Part shown: one piece after another, positions 54,589 to 59,864 of the stretch
Position numbering within the stretch: the first letter of the stretch is position 1
Layout: the number at the start of each line of letters is the position of its first letter
Assembly: GCA_024695225.1 (NCBI GenBank)
Contig: JAILIO010000139.1
Coordinates: 1-59,864 of the forward strand
From: Lachnospiraceae bacterium
GTDB lineage: Bacteria; Bacillota; Clostridia; Lachnospirales; Lachnospiraceae
Direction of reading: 5' to 3'
DNA length: 59,864 bases
The notes under the pieces: model-generated
Seen by the model: the letters and a program-made list of their open reading frames with translations, nothing else
The model's database searches: none
Told to the model about the DNA's origin: nothing
Made by a program: the position numbers and the translations under genes

Positions 54589-56823
54589 ATGAGACACGTG
54601 CTTACAAAATCCGAGGCTCTTCGCCTCATAATATGGATACTGGCTTTTGCGGCCATAGTCACGGTGTTTCCTTTGAGGATATGGAAACAGAACTTCGTGA
54701 CTTCGGCTGCAAATAAGGACACGGGTGAGGTATGGGAACTGAACGACAGGCACAATCTGGTCCAGTCCTTTGTCCCTATGTACGACCATCTGGATGCGGT
54801 GGAATTTCTCATCACGGATATGGAGCCCTACACCTGGATCGATGTGAGGCTCAAGGACAGTGAAGGACAGATCATCGTGGGTGAATCCATGGAGCACAGG
54901 GAAAATGATATCACCCTCCCCCACACCCTGAGGATAGATCTGAATGCCCGGGTGACTCCGGGAACCATCTATTTTCTGGAACTGTCCACCGGGATAATGA
55001 GCGAAGCTCCGGACGGCACATCCGGACTCTGCATCCTGAGCACCGGACCTGAGGAAGATCAGGAGACACCCCTTCCCGCCCTTGCCTCTGTGGACAGAAA
55101 CAGCGGTGAGGTGAAGCCTGCGGGGGATGACAATGCCCTGGTCATGGATTTCATTTACACCCTGCCCCTTGGAAAGGCGATAAGCCTTGCGGTCATGGCG
55201 GCCATATTCTGCGCTGCCTACTTCCTGACTACGGTGCTTAAGCTTCTGGAAAAGAAATACGGGGTCCTGGACACTCTGACCACATATTTTTCAGCTGCCC
55301 GGGCTGTCATATTGCCTGCTGTGGCCCTGTTCTCCCTGTATGCATTCGCCCGCTGTGTGGTGTTTCACAGATATTCGGTTCACCTGGACGACATACTGGT
55401 CTATGCCGCCGGGATCATCATATTCGACCTGGTGGTATTCTATGTCCTCTTCGGAAAGGGGCGGGACAGGCTGTACGCCGGGGAACTTGTGAGGACCAAC
55501 GACTGGGTGCCCGCAGATCTGGTGTTTATTGTCGCCGTGTCCGGTGCCATGTACTGGGGCATACAGTATCTGAACGGAGTGACTGACGCTTCCCACGGGG
55601 AGTCCATGAGAAATCTCCTCATATATTTTGCCGTCGCCATGGCATCCACATTTTTCGCGGGGACCTTTTCTCCAAGGGTGAAGATAAACCTGCCATACAC
55701 CGTGTTCACCGTGCTCTTCATGGCTGTGTGGGTGATAATGAGAAACGGCAGGATGTATCCTGTGGTCTTCTCCGTGATACTGCTTTTAAGCGCCTACAGA
55801 TATGTGTGCTGGAGCAGGAGAAAATATTATCTCAGAAACATTGCCCTTGCGGTGGTGCTGAATTTTGTGGTCTGCGCGATCTACTGTCTGATACACCGCC
55901 CCTATCTCTCATTTACCTTTGCCAGATATCCTTTTGTCTTTGCATCGGCAACGGAAGCTGCGGTCTATCTCACACTGGTGCTTGTGACAGCGGCGTCCCT
56001 GATGCTCAGGGAAGAGGGCAGGCTTCATTTTCTGCCCCAGACTCTTTTCGGGGTTTCCGCCGCTTATCTCATATTCACATCCTCCCGCACAGGCATTCTG
56101 ACAGCGGCCTTTACAATGGTGGTGCTGGTATTTGTCATGTGCAGGACTTCCCCGGGAAAGGTGTGCAGGGTGATCCTGATATGTCTCCTGACTGCCGTGC
56201 TGTCCCTGCCTGTGGTGTTCACGGCCCAGAGGATACTGCCTGCGGAGGCGGGGTCCCCTGTGGAGATAGCCTATGAGAAATATCCGGATGAGATACTGAG
56301 AGCGGACAATAAAGCCTCCATGTGGTATATAACCTTCGGACGATTTGTGCAGGTGTTTCTCCAGAAAATGGCTTCCGTCCCTGAATTCACCACAGATCTG
56401 GACTCCATAGACATCGTCTCCACGGATGTGGGATACATCCCGGAGGACCTTAGCGATGTGTCAAACGGCAGAGTGTTTATTTACTCCCTTTACGCTTCCG
56501 GAATAGAGATGCAGGGCCATGAGGGGATGGGGATCACCACAGCGGATGGTACCTACATCTATCACGCCCACAACATATATTTACAGGCCCTTTGGGACTA
56601 TGGTATCATTGTCGGAACGCTCTTTGCCCTCTGGATAGCATACACACTGTTCAGGGCTTTCAGGCGTGCTTGTAAGAGCAGGGACCGGGGATACGGTTTT
56701 GCCCTGGCGGTGGTGCTCATTTTTGTTGTTTCGGGATTGTTCGAATGGGTCTCAGATCCATGCAATCCCGTGTGTTTTGTGTTTATGCAGGCAGTCGTGC
56801 CTTTATTTGCCGATGAAGAGTGA
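54589..56823 (+). CDS. O-antigen ligase/polymerase-family (Wzy_C) membrane protein with about 180-aa N-terminal extracytoplasmic domain
   Basis: 'FTSSRTGILTAAFTMVVL' and 'YHAHNIYLQALWDYGIIVGTLF' match the conserved O-antigen-ligase-family loop and histidine region. 744 aa with more than 10 TM helices. Confidence 0.75.
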   Translation: MRHVLTKSEALRLIIWILAFAAIVTVFPLRIWKQNFVTSAANKDTGEVWELNDRHNLVQSFVPMYDHLDAVEFLITDMEPYTWIDVRLKDSEGQIIVGESMEHRENDITLPHTLRIDLNARVTPGTIYFLELSTGIMSEAPDGTSGLCILSTGPEEDQETPLPALASVDRNSGEVKPAGDDNALVMDFIYTLPLGKAISLAVMAAIFCAAYFLTTVLKLLEKKYGVLDTLTTYFSAARAVILPAVALFSLYAFARCVVFHRYSVHLDDILVYAAGIIIFDLVVFYVLFGKGRDRLYAGELVRTNDWVPADLVFIVAVSGAMYWGIQYLNGVTDASHGESMRNLLIYFAVAMASTFFAGTFSPRVKINLPYTVFTVLFMAVWVIMRNGRMYPVVFSVILLLSAYRYVCWSRRKYYLRNIALAVVLNFVVCAIYCLIHRPYLSFTFARYPFVFASATEAAVYLTLVLVTAASLMLREEGRLHFLPQTLFGVSAAYLIFTSSRTGILTAAFTMVVLVFVMCRTSPGKVCRVILICLLTAVLSLPVVFTAQRILPAEAGSPVEIAYEKYPDEILRADNKASMWYITFGRFVQVFLQKMASVPEFTTDLDSIDIVSTDVGYIPEDLSDVSNGRVFIYSLYASGIEMQGHEGMGITTADGTYIYHAHNIYLQALWDYGIIVGTLFALWIAYTLFRAFRRACKSRDRGYGFALAVVLIFVVSGLFEWVSDPCNPVCFVFMQAVVPLFADEE

Positions 56824-58720
56824 CAAGGGGAAAAAGCCCATATTTAACGTAAAACTGCTGTACAGGCGTACTGCGCTGGTGATCTACGACATCATCAGCA
56901 TCATCCTGTCTTCGTATCTGGCTCTCATAATCAGATACGAGTTCAGTTTTGCATCCGTGCCGGAACATTTCCTGGAGCCGGTAAGGACCTTCCTGCCCTT
57001 CAGCGTTTTGGGAACCCTGATCATCTTTTATTTCTGCAGGCTCTATTCAAGCCTTTGGGCCTACGCCGGGGAGGCGGAGCTGCAGAACATCATAATAGGC
57101 AGCGCCCTTTCCGGGCTTCTCAACATGCTGGGCCTTCATTTCCTCATATACGACGGACAGTCCCAGGCTGTGCCCAAGAGCTGGTACGTGCTCTACATCT
57201 TCATCCTGATAGCCCTGGAGTTTTCCAGCAGGTTCTCCTACAGATTCCTGAGGAACCTGAAGCACAAGCAGGCCAACCGCATGAACAAGATATCCGTCAT
57301 GGTGGTGGGAGCCGGGGAAGCCGCAAATATAATCATAAAAGAGATAATAAATTCAAACTTCTCCACCATGCGCCTGAAGTGCATCATAGACGACGACAAG
57401 GGAAAGAAGGGCAAATATGTGCAGGGAGTCCGCATAGTGGGCGGCAGGGACTGCATTGTGAAGTATGCGGAGACCATGGATATCGATGAGATCATCCTGG
57501 CCATGCCCTCAATTTCAGGCTCCGAGAAAAAGGAACTTCTGGAGATATGCAAGCAGACCGGATGCAAGATCCAGTCGCTGCCCGGGATGTACCAGCTGGT
57601 GAACGGGGAGGTCAGCGTCTCAAAGCTCAGGGATATAGAGATCGAGGATCTTCTGGGAAGGGATCCGGTGAAGGTGGATCTGGATTCCATCCTGGGATAT
57701 GTCAGCGGGAGAAGGGTCCTGGTAACCGGCGGAGGCGGCTCCATCGGCAGCGAACTCTGCAGGCAGATAGCGGACCACAGGCCTTCCATGCTGATAGTTG
57801 TGGACATATATGAGAACGGGGTTTACGACCTTCAGCAGGAGCTTAAGAAGAAGCATCCGGATCTGGATCTGAAGGTGCTGATAGGCAGTATCAGGAGCGC
57901 TTCCAGGATGAACTGGATATTCGACCATTACCGGCCGGACATCGTCTACCACGCCGCTGCCCACAAGCATGTGCCTCTCATGGAGGATTCCCCGGAGGAA
58001 GCTGTGAAGAACAATGTCTTTGGGACCTTCAAGGTGGCCCAGGCCGCGGCCATGAGCGGGGTTAAGAGATTCGTGCTGATCAGCACCGACAAGGCGGTGA
58101 ACCCCACCAATATAATGGGGGCCAGCAAACGGATCTGCGAGATGATAGTCCAGACCTTTGACCACCATTACGACACTGAATTTGTGGCGGTGCGATTCGG
58201 CAATGTCCTTGGATCCAGCGGCTCCGTCATCCCTCTTTTCAGAAAGCAGATAGAAGCCGGGGGTCCGGTGACAGTGACCCACCCTGACATAACCAGGTTC
58301 TTCATGACCATACCGGAAGCCGTGTCCCTTGTGCTTCAGGCCGGGGCATACGCCCGGGGCGGGCAGATATTCGTGCTGGACATGGGGGAACCGGTGAAGA
58401 TACTGGACCTTGCGGAGAACCTTATCAAACTTTCCGGTTACAGAGTGGGGGAGGACATCCAGATAGAGTTCACGGGGCTTCGCCCCGGGGAGAAACTCTA
58501 TGAGGAGATACTGATGGACGAGGAGGGGATGAAGGAAACCCCTAACAAACTCATCCATATCGGCCGACCCATAGAGATCGATGAGGACCGGTTCTTCATG
58601 CAGTTAAAGGAACTGTCGGATTCAAGCCGTGTTGAGGGACAGGACATGAGACCCCTTGTCAGGAATATCGTCCCCACATATAAGTATAAGGGATGCGAGG
58701 AATGTACAGAAGATTCGTAA
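56813..58720 (+). CDS. Membrane-anchored UDP-N-acetylglucosamine 4,6-dehydratase (PglF/CapD/WbpM-like)
   Basis: ATG 56813 (the listed start at 56666 lies inside the upstream gene). Four TM helices and two Rossmann motifs, 'VMVVGAGEAANIIIKEI' and 'VLVTGGGGSIGSELCRQI'. 'YHAAAHKHVPLME' and 'NIMGASKRICE'. Confidence 0.88.
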   Translation: MKSDKGKKPIFNVKLLYRRTALVIYDIISIILSSYLALIIRYEFSFASVPEHFLEPVRTFLPFSVLGTLIIFYFCRLYSSLWAYAGEAELQNIIIGSALSGLLNMLGLHFLIYDGQSQAVPKSWYVLYIFILIALEFSSRFSYRFLRNLKHKQANRMNKISVMVVGAGEAANIIIKEIINSNFSTMRLKCIIDDDKGKKGKYVQGVRIVGGRDCIVKYAETMDIDEIILAMPSISGSEKKELLEICKQTGCKIQSLPGMYQLVNGEVSVSKLRDIEIEDLLGRDPVKVDLDSILGYVSGRRVLVTGGGGSIGSELCRQIADHRPSMLIVVDIYENGVYDLQQELKKKHPDLDLKVLIGSIRSASRMNWIFDHYRPDIVYHAAAHKHVPLMEDSPEEAVKNNVFGTFKVAQAAAMSGVKRFVLISTDKAVNPTNIMGASKRICEMIVQTFDHHYDTEFVAVRFGNVLGSSGSVIPLFRKQIEAGGPVTVTHPDITRFFMTIPEAVSLVLQAGAYARGGQIFVLDMGEPVKILDLAENLIKLSGYRVGEDIQIEFTGLRPGEKLYEEILMDEEGMKETPNKLIHIGRPIEIDEDRFFMQLKELSDSSRVEGQDMRPLVRNIVPTYKYKGCEECTEDS

Positions 58721-59343
58721 AAAGATTGTTGGATATCCTGCTCTCAGGGACTGCGCTTGTTATCTTTTCCCCGGTGATGCTGATCACTGCGGCACTTGTC
58801 AGGGTGAAGCTCGGGAGTCCCGTGATATTCACCCAGGAGCGCCCGGGCTACAGGGAGAAGATATTTAAGCTCTGCAAATTCCGCTCCATGACAAGCGAGA
58901 GAGATGAAAAGGGAAATCTTCTCCCGGACAGCAAAAGGCTCACCCCCTTCGGCAGGAAACTCAGGTCCACAAGCCTCGATGAACTGCCGGAGCTGTTCAA
59001 CATATTCAAGGGGGACATGAGCGTTGTGGGACCCCGCCCCCTTCTGGTGTCCTATCTCCCCTGGTATACCGAAAGGGAGCGCCTCCGCCACACAGTCCGC
59101 CCGGGACTCACAGGGCTGGCCCAGGTCAGCGGGAGGAACCGGATCAAGTGGGATGACAGGCTCGAAAAGGATGCTGAATACGTGGAGAATCTCTCATTTA
59201 TGCTGGATCTGAAGATATTGTTTATGACAGTGGCCCAGGTCTTCCGCCACGAGGGCGTTGAAGTGGACACAAGTGAAGAGGGGAATCTGGCGGAAATAAG
59301 GGCGGCGAAGAAGAGAGAAAAAACCTCCGGGGGAGAGACCTGA
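58693..59343 (+). CDS. Monotopic phosphoglycosyl transferase (PglC/WecA-independent small 'bacterial sugar transferase')
   Basis: 'KRLLDILLSGTALVIFSPVMLITAALV', 'PVIFTQERPG' and 'DELPELFNIFKGDMSVVGPRP'. The alternative start ATG 58702 is equally possible. Confidence 0.88.
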   Translation: MRGMYRRFVKRLLDILLSGTALVIFSPVMLITAALVRVKLGSPVIFTQERPGYREKIFKLCKFRSMTSERDEKGNLLPDSKRLTPFGRKLRSTSLDELPELFNIFKGDMSVVGPRPLLVSYLPWYTERERLRHTVRPGLTGLAQVSGRNRIKWDDRLEKDAEYVENLSFMLDLKILFMTVAQVFRHEGVEVDTSEEGNLAEIRAAKKREKTSGGET

Positions 59344-59347
59344 GGGC

Positions 59348-59864
59348 ATGGACATTTATTTCCGGAAGGAATACGGATGCCTTTACGAGGAGGCTGAAGG
59401 CGGGGTCTGTGAGACCTTTGACTTTGATGACCCCCTGGGACATGTGAGGCATATGTTCATAAAAAGGCAGATAAAGGCAGCTCCCGGTTTTTACGACCTT
59501 GTGACCCCCTACGGATACGGCGGCCCTTTGATAACACAGTGCCCGGAGGAGAGGATACACTATGTCCCGGGAAAGGCAGTTGGGAATGCTTCGTCCGGCA
59601 AGGCAATGGGGAATGCTGTTCCCGGCAGGGCAGAGGGTGATGCTGCGCGTGGCAGGACAGCGGGAAATACAAGTCCTGACAAGGCGGCGGAGGATTCTCC
59701 GTCCGGCAGGGCAGAGGGTGATGCTGCGTCTGATATGACGGCGGAAAACAGAGACTGTGAGGACACAGGATCACCTGACAGAAGGCCCGGAAGTGAAAGG
59801 GAATACCCGGGGAGGAAGGCCCTCTCTGCAGCCTTTGGACAGGCCTTCAGCGAGTACTGCAGGG
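59348..59864 (+). CDS. FemAB-like/GNAT-fold acyl- or aminoacyl-transferase, N-terminal part (runs off the window end), with low-complexity insertion
   Basis: The frame stays open from ATG 59348 to the window end (my own translation; it is not in the supplied ORF track because no stop is reached). 'MDIYFRKEYGCLYEE...FYDLVTPYGYGGPL' resembles my recollection of the N-terminus of FemAB-family proteins in polysaccharide loci. It is followed by a Gly/Ala/Asp-rich insert with a repeated 'GRAEGDAA'. Confidence 0.45.
   Translation, partial: MDIYFRKEYGCLYEEAEGGVCETFDFDDPLGHVRHMFIKRQIKAAPGFYDLVTPYGYGGPLITQCPEERIHYVPGKAVGNASSGKAMGNAVPGRAEGDAARGRTAGNTSPDKAAEDSPSGRAEGDAASDMTAENRDCEDTGSPDRRPGSEREYPGRKALSAAFGQAFSEYCR

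Noticed and set aside
1-59864. Mobile elements, prophage or defence systems, toxin-antitoxin pairs, tRNA or rRNA genes
   Set aside because: I looked for transposase, integrase or recombinase motifs, inverted terminal repeats, nuclease, helicase or ATPase defence signatures, and tRNA-like cloverleaf regions in the intergenic gaps. None was seen. All sizeable ORFs are accounted for by envelope-glycan functions.

Overview
Almost the whole 59.9-kb window is a single cell-envelope glycan super-locus. The organism looks like a Gram-positive, Clostridia/Lachnospiraceae-type bacterium. This is inferred from a lipobox lipoprotein, a GH25 muramidase with choline-binding-type wall repeats, Big_2/MBG surface-protein repeats, and heavy ATA/AGA/AGG codon use at moderate GC. 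I saw no rRNA, tRNA, CRISPR array, transposase, integrase or phage genes.

Recognisable blocks, in order:
1. The 3' part of a large Ig-repeat surface protein.
2. A UDP-sugar 4-epimerase followed by three polytopic membrane proteins, two of them tandem paralogues.
3. A sialyltransferase-like (K-P-H-P motif) glycosyltransferase.
4. A promoter-to-terminator five-gene unit: SGNH lipoprotein, acyl/aminoacyl carrier protein, MBOAT, a 606-aa membrane protein and a radical SAM/SPASM enzyme. It resembles DltD/DltC/DltB but has no adenylating ligase.
5. A lone FAD oxidoreductase on the minus strand.
6. More polytopic membrane proteins.
7. A divergent pair of single-pass membrane enzymes, one a variant SGNH and one a GH25 muramidase. 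Both carry very long acidic, repeat-rich N-terminal tails.
8. An ABC-transporter-dependent branch: rfbA, rfbC, a Wzm/Wzt pair with a Wzt C-terminal extension, a WbdD-like methyltransferase plus kinase-like protein, four GT2 proteins, a phosphohexomutase and a WbaP-type initiating transferase.
9. Pseudaminic-acid genes (pseC on plus; pseF-pseH-pseG on minus), interrupted by an aldo-keto reductase/Fe-S island.
10. An operon of at least 12 kb: MsbA/PglK-like ABC exporter, GtrA, acyltransferase-3, two polytopic membrane proteins, an O-antigen-ligase-family protein, a PglF/CapD-like dehydratase, a PglC-like transferase and a partial FemAB-like gene.

Most worth follow-up are the ligase-less carrier-protein/MBOAT/radical-SAM operon, the chain-terminator plus Wzt-extension logic in a Gram-positive, the acidic-tailed divergent enzyme pair, and the density of uncharacterised polytopic (GT-C-like) membrane proteins. 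All functional calls rest on motifs read by eye and remembered family signatures. None has been checked by a database search.
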